Below, piece after piece: positions 36,861 to 49,917 of a stretch of 64,000 bases of DNA (positions are counted from its first letter, which is position 1; each line of letters opens with the position of its first letter). Made by a program: the position numbers and the translations under genes. The notes under the pieces were generated by a model. It searched no databases, had not been told where the DNA came from, and worked only from the letters and a program-made list of their open reading frames with translations. Origin of the DNA: Octopus bimaculoides (taxonomy: Eukaryota); NCBI RefSeq assembly GCF_001194135.2, contig NC_068987.1:89417245-89481244 (forward strand). Reading direction: 5' to 3'.

Positions 36861-37061
36861 ACATATGTGTATGTGTGTGTGTCTCTTTTGACAACCGATG
36901 ATGGTTTGTTTACGTCAAGTAGTCAGATCCACATCGTTATTTCTAGTAATAAACCACCTTTATTGACTAGATTGAACCCCTCCCCATACATATTTATGAA
37001 TGTTTCATCACTGAAAAAAAATCACTTGATTTTACGAACTGATGCTGGAGCTTCCATTTAG

Positions 37062-37205
37062 TAGTTCGAACTGCTAGAAATAGCAGTCAAAACTCCTTCA
37101 AATCATATCTTAAAATGGGACACATTGGAAAATACAGGTTGCTCACAGTCGGAACATCTTTGATCAAAGATATACTCGATCAGGGCTGACATGGAACTAA
37201 AATCC
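37062..37205 (+). mobile_element. Family D repeat
   Basis: GAACTGCTAGAAATAGCAGTCAAAACTCC...CTCGATCAGGGCTGAC. Confidence 0.7.
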
Positions 37206-37369
37206 ACGATCAGCAAACGTTCGACTAATGTCGAAATAAATTAAAATTGAGTTGCTCTTGAGATTGAAGAGCAGCCAATGAACAAATAACTTATATTTGA
37301 CCTTGTTAATCTCCTTCAAAGTGTTTAAAATCACATTTTTGAAAACGCAAGTTTTGAATATGAAACTCT

Positions 37370-37403
<34 letters not shown>

Positions 37404-37624
37404 CAGTATTTAAAGATTATAAGCTCAGATCAGCCCAGTTTTATTAAGAGAAGTAGACGACAAGGCTTATGAAGTGATGAGGTGAAGATGTAGATTATTC
37501 CAATTAGGAATATGATTAAGTTGAGAATAAATCAATAGTTTTATTTGTACTTATGTGCAAGTGTATTTATAAACCGGTATATACACAGCCATATCAGTGG
37601 CAAAGGAGAAAATTTACAAACTGG

Positions 37625-37720
37625 TACACATGCGCGCCCGCGCAGAGAGCCATATTTGTGTCAAAGGAGAAACCGCTGCTTATATAAAAGTAACGAATTA
37701 GTACAGCTTTTCAGATTTCT
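37625..37720 (+). promoter_or_regulatory. Candidate TATA/Inr core promoter
   Basis: CpG cluster GCGCGCCCGCGC, TATATAAAAG at 37681, TCAGATT 30 nt downstream. Confidence 0.25.
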
Positions 37721-38348
37721 GAACTCGCGACCATCATTCATGACTTGTGTCATCAATTTAAAGATTGCACATTCCTATGTACAGTAATGCCAATAATAAA
37801 ATTTTGATTACATGTTTGCGAATTACTTGGCATTTAGTTGAGGGCAGTTAAGATTTGTATGTGAGGGAACACGTATTAAGGCCACGGAAAGAAGCAAGTT
37901 CGGTTGAAAATTCACAAGCTGTCAATTATTTTCCCCCTTTTTTTCTGTCAATTAGGAAACCATCACTGCTCCAGCTGCTGTCTTCTTGCTCTTTATCTCC
38001 GTGTAAAGCTGTTATTTACTCGTCATGGAAAATAAAGTCATAGGGAAAAAATGTCACGTTTTCTTAATATAAACAAATGAGATTTTAAGTTGTTTATTAA
38101 CCGTCAGTAAATAACTTGTATACAAGAACAGCTCAGTTAATGACATTACACGTATGTAGGGGAAAATTCAATACCTTTAATGAAACCATAATTATAATGA
38201 AAGCATTAAATCGGTCATTTATAGAAGTTTTGTTACTAATTATGTATGTTTAATTTTAGTCCACTATATAAACTGTTACATTGATTTATTGCATGGCTAT
38301 CACCGGTGATTCCTGAGGCACAGAACAAATATTAATTCTTTATTACAG

Positions 38349-38366
38349 GACTCATTATTGATACAG
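38349..38366 (+). CDS. Candidate 18-nt phase-1 microexon (GLIIDT)
   Basis: TTAATTCTTTATTACAG acceptor; weak GTTAAA donor; in frame with 25706-25742. Confidence 0.15.
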
Positions 38367-39689
38367 GTTAAAAGGTGTTAAAACGTTCGTTATACCTCCA
38401 GTTATGGATTTTTCATTTATCTAATATTATTGTCTACAGATTATATTTCAGATTGTATTATATAAGCTTTAATGAGAGTAGTGCTTCAATGATGACTGTG
38501 ATTTGTACTCTTATAATATCTGTATTGTGGACGTTTTCTAGAATTCAAATAGTGTAGCTTTGAACTGCAGTAATGTGAGGTCCCATAAAAAAGAAAACAT
38601 CACCACTGGGAGTCACAGGTGTCTTCTATGGTTGACGAAGTACTAAGGCAGAAGGGAATTCAAGAAGGTGGCTGGATGCATAATGTGGTTCTAAGTTCTA
38701 CAATATGGTTTTCGGCAATAGTGTTGATATTAAGTTTTGGTATGCCTCATGTCAGCTGCTGAAATGATCGCAGAGCGACATGAGACGAAATGATTTGCTC
38801 AAGAACATAGCACACCACTTGGTCTGGGAATTGAAACCATGGTTTTGTAATCATGAGTGCATCACCTTAACCACTTGGCCACACACTTTTTACTATACAT
38901 GTGTGTGTGTGAATGTATAGATATCATCGTCGTCAGCTGTCCGTTGTCGGTCTTTGTTGACTATTCAATTTTCAGGAATCATCTCTAGCAGTCTCGCATG
39001 TGGGCTCTTCATCTGCAGCAGATGAAGTTATTTGATACAACAAAGAAGTGACCCTTCCTCTGTGCTCCTCTTTTGCATTCCCTCTGTTGTTTTCCCTGAA
39101 TGGCTGAAATTACAAGCTTCAGCGATCGGTTCCATTCATTGTAATGTAGGGCCTTCTCTTACCAGGTGTCTGGGCGAGGTGTTGGAGTTCTTCATATGCC
39201 TTTTCAGTACACCCTGTATTGCAACTTCATGGCACTTTCTGCCTTGACGCATAAATGTCCATACATTCGTACATACATGTCAGTCTGCAATGCATTCTGG
39301 GAAGCAATGATACATTTTTGTCTACAGTTCATTGTTTCTTTCCATTTTGTTTCCTGACTTTGTATTATTTAACCATGAACGACTTTCTTTAAATGGTTTA
39401 AAATACTTTGTTTATAAAATTGAACAATATTATTTTAATTTCATTTATTTTTGTATACATCAAATTTTATATATACAACAATGCAATATTTTTACTGATT
39501 CAAGTTTCTCTTTACACATTCATCCAATTAAATGTTTCCCTTTTTGTTAAGTCTCGTTGAATCTTCTTTTAAACAGTTCCTGTTTCATTGTTCACAATTT
39601 GTATGACAATCAGACATGTGAAATGCGCAGTTAATAACATTCTAACCTATTGCTTAATAAATATGTACGTGTCATGTCATAGATATCTT

Positions 39690-40075
39690 TGTAATTGACA
39701 ACCGGTGCTGGTTTGTTTACAGCACTATAACTTAGTGGCTTGACTAAAGAGATTGGTAGAGACTTTGAAAAAATAAATTCTGGAGTTGATTTGTTTGACT
39801 AAAATCCTTTAGGGTGGTGCTCCAGCATGGCCAGAGTCAGCGACAGAAACAAGGAGTAAAGATGAAAGATAAAGAGTAAATGAGTTAGAAGGAGAAAGGG
39901 AGATGTTTGGAATTGTCTTTTGATCAACTCAGTGGTGAAGACACGTGGCTTAGTGGTCAGGGTGTCGTGTTCACAAACACAAGATCTGAGTTTCAATTCT
40001 TGGGCCAGGTGGTGCATTGTTTTCTTGAGCAAAACACTTTATTTCATGTGTTTTGATAGCATCTTCATCTCCATA
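39690..40075 (+). mobile_element. Family C tail followed by a family F head
   Basis: GGTGGTGCTCCAGCATGGCCAGAGTC tail; GTGGCTTAGTGG...GAGTTTCAATTC...CTTGAGCAAAACACTT head. Confidence 0.7.
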
Positions 40076-40524
40076 AAATATTGACAGCTGCCAATGGAAA
40101 TAAGGAAGAACATATATAAATATTGACAATGAACTGAGACAATATTCCTTAATATTGTAACAATAACAGAAACGGTCAGAGAAAAGAACAATACATATTG
40201 ATTTGATATTGGCAGATGGTGGTGAAGTGGTAGAATTTTTGAGCAAGTCTTATTTGGAATGTTTGGTTATTGCTAACTTTCACTTCAAGGAATGTCATTT
40301 GGTCTGCTTCACTTAGTTTCTTCTTTCCTATGTGGTTTACCTCTCTCTTCTTTTCTTTCTTTTTCTTTCTTTTGGTTTACTCTTTCCAACAGTTCATTGT
40401 TTCTAAATCATGACAATTCTTGTTTTGGCTGATTCTCTATTTCTATTTTCCAAGGTATCATTTTCTGTTTTTTGCTTTTGACCATTTATTCCAACAGATT
40501 GTATTTTATCTATATGCAATAGGT

Positions 40525-40700
40525 GCAGGTGCAGGCATGGCTGTGGTTAAGAGGCTTGCTTCCCAACCATGTGGCCTTGAGTTCAGTCCCACTGCTCCTC
40601 AGGTGTCTTCTACTATAGCCTGGACTGACCAAAGTCTTGTGACTGGATTTCATTGATGGAAAGTGAAAGAAGCATATCACGTGTGTGTGTATTATGCATG
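40525..40700 (+). mobile_element. Family C head
   Basis: GGCATGGCTGTGGTTAAG...GAGTTCAGTCCC...GGAAAGTGAAAGAAGC. Confidence 0.75.
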
Positions 40701-42649
40701 TATGTATGTATGTATGTATGNNNNNNNNNNNNNNNNNNNNNNNNNNNNNNNNNNNNNNNNNNNNNNNNNNNNNNNNNNNNNNNNNNNNNNNNNNNNNNNN
40801 NNNNNNNNNNNNNNNNNNNNATATATATATATATGTATGTATGTAGAATACTGCACAGGAAGTCAACAATAAATGAGAATCCAAAAGGGACAGGAAAGCA
40901 ATATGTCCAGTGTATCCCATGTGAAACACTGGACAGGCAGACGTTTCAATGGATTTAGCAAACAGTGTATGAAAGTGTGCAGAGAATACTTTAGTTAAAA
41001 CCTGAAGAAAATCTGTGAATAATTTAATTGTTAGGTTCTTTGTGAATAATGACAGGATTAAAAGGATCTACAATAAAAAGAAAAGGGAATTATTCAATTT
41101 TTACATAATTCCTTATATCCTTTTGTTTCCTTTTATCCTTGTCGGTGTTGCTGCCATTGTTGTTGGTCTGGCTATTATTTAAGAATATGGTTTAGTAGCT
41201 TTGTACTTAAAAATAAACCTCAGCTGGTGTATTGTTGCAAGTTAAACCGACGACAATAGTTTTAGGAAGATGAGATGTTAAAGAAAGAAGCTGTATTACA
41301 CATCTTAATTATTTCATAATAATCATTGTTTAACATCTGTTTATTCATGCTGGCATGGATTAGATGAGTCATAATGAATTACATCATCTTGCACACACAG
41401 CTTTGTGTTGTGTATGTATTACAGTATGGACTGGGTTCATTTTATTGTGCCTCTGGCACTAGCATTGTTATTCTATGCAAGGAGCATTAAAGGGTCCTTC
41501 TATGCTATGTCAATTCTCACCTGAGGCTATTGCCTTCCTTGATAGATAACCTGTGATATGGCTTGAAGAATCAAGTCTCACTCAGATATTCCTCTTTACG
41601 TAGGTTTTCTACTGCTCAACACTTTTCTTACCATCAACCATTTTAGGTATTAAAGTGCATTGAAAAAACAAAAAACAGGAGGAATTCCAACCACATTTCA
41701 TGGTTTGCTACCTCAACTGCTCCTTTATAGAATCCAGCGGCTAAAGGCACCATCAGGAGGAACCACATCCGGTTTCGGCCCCTACTCCTCTACCGTTTTC
41801 GACGTGGCGCCCCCACTTTCGGTGGTGTCTTCAGTTCTGGTATTGAGTGCATTTCTTCTTTCTCCTTTTTTCTGTTCCCTCTCCTCTTCGCTGCAGCGTC
41901 AACGAGTATCAGTGGCCAACTGACCATCCTGCCAAATTTCCCTTTAAATACTCGCTGGTAGGCTCCAACAGCTAGCACCAGCTAACTGTCATGTGACACT
42001 GTCTAAACTTCAACTGACCAATGGAGGGGAAGGGCGCATAATCTTAGCCTGCGCCCTCTCTAAACCTGCCTTCCAACAGCATCATGTTAGCTTCAATTCC
42101 AGCAGCCAGAGCTGACCAGCTGTTTGGTGGCACAAGCCTTCAAACCAGGAGGAGGGAGTGCCATGAACAAGATCGCTACCTGTCAATCAGCGATGCTGCT
42201 TAAGTGTCAACCAGTCTCAATATCTAAAATGATATTGACATTGATGATGACATCACAATATGTAAAGATGATGCTAACTTAGATAACGGAGTGGACCAAG
42301 TAATTAAAATTAATTATAATTTCACCAATAGTTAGAAGAGCCAAGTATTATCTTAATGACTAACTTTAGTCCCCAAAAACAAGGGAGGTAACCCTTCGAA
42401 TTTCAGTGAGCTAAAATTAGTTGAAAATAGACAACTGTGGGAGTGTGATCTGTATCAGTACGATGACCACTCCAGATATGTTTCAACCTTATTCGACTTC
42501 ATCAGTGAAGTAAAGATCTTTGATGACTAACATGGTAGACAGGGTTCTTTGTGAATAAACTCTGTTATGATGAAATGTTCAAAATAATATGTGTTCAAGA
42601 ATACACACACACACACATACACACACATACATACATACATATATATACA

Positions 42650-42800
42650 ACAGGCTTCTTTCAGTTTCCATCTACCAAATCCACTCACAAGGCTTTGATT
42701 GGCCTGAGGCTATAGTAGAAGACCCTTGCCCAAGGTGTCACATGGTGGGTCTGAATCCAGAACCATGTGGTTGGGAAGCAAGCTTCTTAACACACAATCA
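42650..42800 (-). mobile_element. Family C head
   Basis: Reverse complement of the C head. Confidence 0.75.
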
Positions 42801-43434
42801 TATATATATATAAAGTAAAATTTAATTGCTAATATAGTATGGCTGTCCCTTAAAGGATGTTGCTACTGTTTATTAGCCCCAAGTAACAGTAACAACGTCC
42901 CTTACAGGACAACCATACTATGTTGGCAATTTTACTTTAAAGAAATGTTACTTTATGTTTCTCTGTAAGAGATTTAGAAAGAATACTATTTCTATGGAAG
43001 ACTGTAGGGAATAATTTTTCTATGACTTAAAGGTTTGATCACTGTTTAGTTACATATTTAGGAGTTGGTTGTAATTTACCTATTGAATTTATTTACTGAT
43101 ACTGTTGTACATAGGGTAAATGTGTTTGAAAGTTGTGGTTTCTCTGGTATGTTTGTTCCCAAACAACACTTATTTTGAATGGTACTGCCCAGGTGTCGAA
43201 ACCATAATGATATCTGTGGGGCAGCTGATGATGGAGNNNNNNNNNNATATATATATATATATATACACACATACATACATACATACAAAGATATACCCTC
43301 AGAGATATCAAGTATGCTTTATTAGCAATGAAGTGACTAATCCATTACAAATGTTCAATATCTGCTTCCATCCAACAAGGATTGGTTTGTGAGTAATACC
43401 GGAAGTTGTGAAAAGAGATAAAAAAAAAAGAGAA

Positions 43435-43620
43435 TGTTAGCAATTTCACATATTGCAGGATGGTGTGTGGCTTTATCGCTGGCATCCAGCTGTAGAAACT
43501 CTGCCAGATCAGATTGGAGCCTGGTGCAGCCATCTGGTTTGCCAGTCCCCAGTCAAATCATCCAACCCATGCTAGCATGGAAAGTGGACATTAAAACGAT
43601 GATGAGGATGATGATGATGA
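43435..43620 (+). mobile_element. Family A repeat
   Basis: GGCATCCAGCTGTAGAAACTCTGCCAGATCAG...(GAT)n. Confidence 0.85.
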
Positions 43621-43624
43621 TATG

Positions 43625-43665
<41 letters not shown>

Positions 43666-43867
43666 TTGTTTTTACTTCTATAAATTTCAGAAGACACAAT
43701 TTAGACATGACACTTTATTCATCGCCATCATTTTCTCACCTTTATTTTTGAATTTTCCTTCAACACTCCCTAAATTACTTTCACCTTGAACAGAGCACAC
43801 ATCCTCTATATTAGTGTTCTTTTCTCTACAATTTACCACCACTTACAACATATATATATATATATAT

Positions 43868-44348
43868 ATATAATTGTTAAAGAGGAAGACAAACGTTAAG
43901 GTAAGGCAAACATCTCAAGTCATATACATTATTATTATTGGAAAAAAAATTCAAAGTCTTACAGCTGTTCCTGGGATAGCCCAGAGTATGGGATATTCCA
44001 TATTCAGAGACAAATAGGAAAAATGAGAGGAGTATAGATTAATGAAATGATGACACAGAGGACAGGGGTAAAGGAATAAGGAGATGAAGAAAGAGAAAGA
44101 AAAAGAAGCATAAAAGTTCATAGTTCAACTTTCTGATCTTGTCGAAAAGTCCTTAGGTGTAATCCTGCATAAATCGCCATTTCATTAATCTATACCCTTC
44201 TTATTTTCCCTATTTGTCTCCAATGATGGAATATCCCAGAAACAGCTGTAAGACTTCGAATTTTTTTCCAATAATAATAATAATACTGTAATATGACTTG
44301 GGATGTTTGCCTTACCTTAACTTTTGTTGTCCTTGTTAACAATTATAT
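43868..44348. mobile_element. Diverging inverted pair of hammerhead-bearing pLTR-like units
   Basis: Arms 43868-44049 and 44181-44348; hammerhead relics on - (about 43945-44010) and + (44216-44254); TA-rich flanks. Confidence 0.8.
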
Positions 44349-44679
44349 ATCCACTGCATCGAAAATCTGCAATGGCTCCATAACTACCGTCTCAGCTATA
44401 ATCTTGGAGCCCTAGTAATCTGTTACAGCACTTACCTAGCGTACCTAATCATTTAGATCATCTGTGAATTAAACCCTAATATTTTATATGTATATATATA
44501 TGTATATATTCTAGACTATATTGGTATAGGTACCTCATAGGTGAACATTCAGTGGATAGGACACTATAAATCCTGAGACATCTTCAAATTGACTCTGTCT
44601 GTCTGTCTGTATCTACTGCCTGTTCCCCCCCTCCCAGCATGTCTCCTACTTCCCCTTAAAACAAGCCTTAGAGGGAGGC

Positions 44680-44830
44680 TTCTAACTGGTCATTAAGTTT
44701 GCTAGAAATGGAGCCAAATCTCCCTCTACTGTTGTATATAAGGGTATCCTTAAAAAAGACAGGATGGTCATGGCTGGAACACCTTTAATCAACAATCCCT
44801 TTAATCATGCCAGACCTTCAGCTAAATGAC
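44680..44830 (+). mobile_element. Family D repeat
   Basis: TTTGCTAGAAATGGAGCCAAATCTCCCTC...AAGACAGGATGGTCATGGCTGGAA. Confidence 0.65.
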
Positions 44831-46029
44831 AATCTCCATATAAACTGACTTGTTAATACCCCCCCCCCCGCTTCTACCATACTCTGTGTTGTCTTAACTT
44901 TCAGGTTTTATCTTAAACTATGTCATACTTGTTTCTTAACTTATTCTTCTAATTCTTACAACAGTTGAAATTTATTGTTAAGCCACAGCAACCTCATCCA
45001 CTCTAAGAATGGTGTGGAAAGATTATAGACACTGCAGTCTCCTCTCTAAAGGCTAAAAATAAAAATNNNNNNNNNNNNNNNNNNNNNNNNNNNNNNNNNN
45101 NNNNNNNNNNNNNNNNNNNNNNNNNNNNNNNNNNNNNNNNNNNNNNNNNNNNNNNNNNNNNNNNNNNNNNNNNNNNNNNNNNNNNNNNNNNNNNNNNNNN
45201 NNNNNNNNNNNNNNNNNNNNNNNNNNNNNNNNNNNNNNNNNNNNNNNNNNNNNNNNNNNNNNNNNNNNNNNNNNNNNNNNNNNNNNNNNNNNNNNNNNNN
45301 NNNNNNNNNNNNNNNNNNNNNNNNNNNNNNNNNNNNNNNNNNNNNNNNNNNNNNNNNNNNNNNNNNNNNNNNNNNNNNNNNNNNNNNNNNNNNNNNNNNN
45401 NNNNNNNNNNNNNNNNNNNNNNNNNNNNNNNNNNNNNNNTAAGCATTATTTAGTGTCTGTTTTCCAAAGCAGACAGAGATACTAATTTCTTCTTCAAAAA
45501 TAAAATCAATATAGAATGCAACCAATCTACTTTGACACTAAAAGGAAATGTGGAGAGTACTGCAGTTCACAGATAGCATGATGTCTGAAGGGAGAGAGTG
45601 AGAGGGAGAGATAGTGAGAGGGAGAGGAAGAGGTTTAATGTATGGAGGGAGGAGAGAGAGAGAGGATTGACGTCATTTCACTCAGCATTGATTATCTCAG
45701 TTTACTGCTAGTTTATGGTTATCCCAACACTGAAGCAGAACCCTTTAATGTCATATCCTAACCAATATTCATCTGATTCATAGAAATAGTAAACTTCACT
45801 TTTAACAACTTTCCTGAATTGATTCAGCAGGTTGCGTAGACTAAACAAAAAAAAACAACAAAAAACAGAAAATGTTGTCAAATTTCCCACCATGCAACAG
45901 TTGGTTTTAGTCTTACAATATTCCCAAACCTGCTGTAGACTGGTTTGGGAAAAGAAGATACTCTTGAATGGAATGGAATCTCTAATGGTTATATGATATT
46001 TATGCTCCTTTCAGAGTGACAAGTTAGGG

Positions 46030-46446
46030 TTGACCAAACTAATTTCTTTGCTGTATTTGGTTTTCTCAACCACATGGCACCTTGAGCAAGTGTTTTCTAT
46101 TACATCTCTGGGCCAACTAAAAACCTTGTGAGTGGATTTGGTAGATGGAAATTGAAAGAAGCTTATTGTATATGCATACATGTGTGTGTGTGTGTGTGTG
46201 TCCTTGTCTTGAAATGATATTATGGTTGTAAAGGAGTGCCACTGTTGTACAAGCATTGTTGTTTGTTTTCAGTCTTCTGTGACAATGTATCAGGCCATAA
46301 AAAATATTACCTTGCTTGGAAACAGATGAAGGTTAAGGAAAAGAGGAAGAACATCTGGCTACAAGAAATCTGCCTCAATGAATTCTATCTGATTCATGCC
46401 ATCATGGAAAAATGGACAGTAAAATGATAATGATGATGATGATGAT
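46030..46446 (+). mobile_element. Family C head joined to an A2 tail
   Basis: C head, (TG)n, then GTCCTTGTCTTG...CATGCCATCATGGAAAAATGGAC...(GAT)n. Confidence 0.7.
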
Positions 46447-46614
46447 TGATTAACTTCATTCCTGAAACAAAACTCAATAAAAATGTTAACCCTTATATTT
46501 ACACTTGCTCTTTATTTTGCATTAGTTAGGGGTAACCATCTTCTGTTCTGGTACCAACAGTATACAGATGGTACCGGACAGATTTCTTGCAAGTTTTCAA
46601 ATTTAAGACCTTGG

Positions 46615-46912
46615 GGTAAGATCTTCTACTTCAGCTGACCAATGCCTTGTGAGTGGATTTGGTAGATGGAAACTATGTGGAAGCCCATTGCATGCTATGT
46701 ATGTGTCTGTGTGTCTTTGTGTCTGTCTTCCCCTACATCTTGTTGGCCGGTGTTGGTTCGTCTATGTCCTCATAACTTAGTGGTTTGGCAAATAAAACCA
46801 ATAGAATAAGTATTGAGCTTAAAAAACGCTGGGGTTGAAGTGTGTGACTAAACCCTGCAAGGTGGTGCCCCAGCATAGCCACAGTCCAATGACTGGAACA
46901 AGTAAAAGATTA
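46615..46912 (+). mobile_element. Family C (partial head and C tail)
   Basis: CCTTGTGAGTGGATTTGGTAG...GGTGGTGCCCCAGCATAGCCACAGTC. Confidence 0.75.
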
Positions 46913-47227
46913 AAGCTTAAAGACACCGAAATGCCATCTTATGAAATATTCTGTTCTTTGAAGTATCAAAGTTGCTGCACTTTCAACTCTCCAATAACCT
47001 TGGTTTATGACTGACTTTTGAAATTCTTTGATTAAATCTTTGTTCTTTGAAGTATCAAGCACTGCAAAATGTTGCTGCAATTTCATGTGCTTTCCTGCAT
47101 TAATTTATGGCCGCACTTTGATGTGACACTGCTCTTTAAACTGTGACACTTTGATGTGACACTGCACTTTAAGCTGTATGATGCAGGCAAAAAATACAAG
47201 TGCATTTTCCGCTTGACAGAAATATTA

Positions 47228-47455
47228 GTCATCATCAGTATCATCATCATCTTTGTGTGTATATGGTAGCATACACCTATTTCCCAAACTGGCTTGGTTT
47301 GTGTCACAGGTTGACTGGACCTGGCATACCAGAGGACTGCAATGAGCTCCAATGTCTGCTTTGGCATGGTTTCTGTGGCTGGATACCCTTCCTAACACCA
47401 ACCACTTTATAATGTGTACTGGATGCTTTCCAAGTGGCACCAGCGCTAGTATTTC
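47228..47455 (-). mobile_element. Family A repeat
   Basis: (CAT)n then the reverse-complement body ...GGATACCCTTCCTAACACCAACCAC. Confidence 0.7.
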
Positions 47456-48411
47456 ATATGTATGTCATACAATCGTTAACTGAACTTATATTCTCTTCTT
47501 TTTTTTTTAATAACAATTTTCATTTGCTGACTTGCACAACCAATAATTGGTTGGTATTTTGATGGTTGTATCAATAACCTAATGCCGATTCCAATTACAA
47601 CTTCCAGCAATGAGGATAGTTTGACTATAAAAAAAAAAGGAAGTGAATGTTAAATTGGTGGTTTCCCCACAATGAGATTTAATCACAAGACGAAAATATC
47701 ACTGACATTTACCTTCACCTTCACCACCGCCACCACCACCGCCATCACCACCACCCTCAACTAACAGGGGGGATAGCTATATAAACCAGCTGCCTGAGAG
47801 TCATATATATTCTCTTAAAGGCCTTCTTTAAAGGCCTCCAAAACTCATCACCAGAGGGCTTGAAATAAACACAGGTATTAGTTTTCAATTAAGCAGCTGT
47901 TTTGGTAGTTCTATAATACTTTTCATCATTCTAACCGTGACCCATTATCTAAAATTAATTAAGCTGGAAGCTAATTAAAAAAACAAAGCTGTAGTTTTTT
48001 TTGTTTTTTTTTTTGCAAAAGCTTATACAGGAAGTCAAATGAACAGGTATGAGAAAATTGCATTTATTTTTCCTTTCAAGAGTGAGAAAGTAACATACTT
48101 CTAAGGAATACATTTGGTCCAGCATTTGTGAATGATAATTGGTTTGTTAGAGAAACATATTCAGTCTGTGAACAGCTATTTGCGCCTAATTGGCAGCTTA
48201 TTATCTTCTCACATTTACGAGTGTCCTTCGTGCCAATATCAGTGGAATCATGCCAAGTCATTAGAATTACTACAAGATAAACAAGCAAGTGACCAAGAAT
48301 ATTCTGAGTGTAATTTGGTAAGGTGCCACCTAACTGCTGCCTCATCCTTTACTTCATTCATTATCATCCAAGGGGAGGGCAGTACAGGGGCAGAAATGGT
48401 GGTCAGGGGCT

Positions 48412-48665
48412 AAATCATCATCATCATCATCATTTTTAATGTCCACTTTTCCACGTTCCCATGAGTTGGATGAAATTTGTTGAAGCAGATTTCATATGGC
48501 TGGATGCTCTTCCTGTCACCAACCCTTACCTGTTTCCACATAGATATTTCCCTAAGGCCAGACATGTTTCTACAGAAGTTTAGAAATAAAAAACACCACT
48601 TGCGTGGTGGTGACGCCTGTTTACAACTATCTCATGATGTCAAAGTAAGGAGACAGTAACAAACA
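48412..48665 (-). mobile_element. A2 tail
   Basis: Collinear with 49918-50148 and the reverse complement of 46195-46446. Confidence 0.7.
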
Positions 48666-48929
48666 TACACACACACACACACACATCTTTATGTATGATT
48701 GTGTTGTGTGTGTGTATGTATGTTTTTATGTACTGTATGTACGTATGTATGTATGTATATTCTTACTGCTTTTCTTTTTTTCTAAAGTCCAATACCAACC
48801 ACATAAAAGCATTTTGGGTTTGTTACATTGCCATCCTTGTGCCTCAAACAGTTCTTATTTTCTTAAGTTCTTCATATCTTAGACCTTTTCTTTTTTTATT
48901 CATGTGTTCCCACCATATTGTCTTTCTTT

Positions 48930-49285
48930 TAGGCATGGCTGTGTGGTAAGAAGTTTGCTTCCTAACCACATGGTTCTGGGTTCAGTCCCACTGCGTGACA
49001 TTGTGAGCAAGTGTCATCTATTATAACTTTGGGCCAACCAAAGTAGATTTGGTAGGCAGAAACTGAAAGAAGCCCATTGTGTGTGTGTGTGTGTGTGTGT
49101 CTTTGTTGTCAAGTGGTGTCTCCTGCCACCCCATGACAACCGGTGTTGGTGTGGTTAGAGACGAATAGAATAAGAACCAGGCTTAAAAAATAATAAATAC
49201 TGGGGTTGATTCGCTCAACTAAAATTTTCCAAGGCAGTGCCCCAGCATGGCCACAGTCTAATGACTGAAACAAGTAAAAGTTAGA
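48930..49285 (+). mobile_element. Family C SINE, full
   Basis: Head, (TG)n hinge and C tail. Confidence 0.85.
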
Positions 49286-49514
49286 ATATAAGCCAGCTAT
49301 TTCTGCATCTTTAAGGCTACCATCTTGTTGGTGAAGTGCACGGCATATTGAAGTTATGTCAGAATCACATTAATACTTTTTTTTTATTGACTTTGAAGAA
49401 AAGAAAGGCAGAAGAGATTGCAGTAAGATTTGAACTCAGAACATAGAGGAAATTAAACTAAATATTCTTACATAAGCCATCACGTCTGGTTGAGTTAGAA
49501 TTAATGTATACTTT

Positions 49515-49725
49515 TCTACCATAGGCAGAAGACCTGAAAATTTGGGGGAGGGGGCCAGTCGATTAGATTGACCCCAGTACGCAACAGGTACTTAATTTAT
49601 CGACCCTGAAAGGATGAAAGGCAAAGTCAACCTCAGTGGAATTTGAACTCAGAACATAAAGACAGATGAAATACTGCTAAGCATTTCGCCTGGCATGCTA
49701 ACGTTTCTGCTAGCTTGCTGCCTTT
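49515..49725 (-). mobile_element. Family B SINE
   Basis: Reverse complement of the family B sequence. Confidence 0.85.
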
Positions 49726-49917
49726 AGAATCAATGTATTCATGCTTGATCAGTTACTAATCAGAAGTTCTAATATCTACAATAAAATGGAAGTAGGTCAC
49801 CAAGCTACAATCACTTTTCTATAAAATTGCTTGTCAACCTCACCAAAACAATACTCTCTCTCTTTTTCTCTCTCTCTCTTTTTCTCTCTCTCTCTCTCTC
49901 TCTCTCTATCTCATATA

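Noticed and set aside
38930-39450. Minus-strand RTE-like 3' remnant ending in GACGACGATGAT
   Set aside because: No diagnostic peptide motif could be recovered by eye
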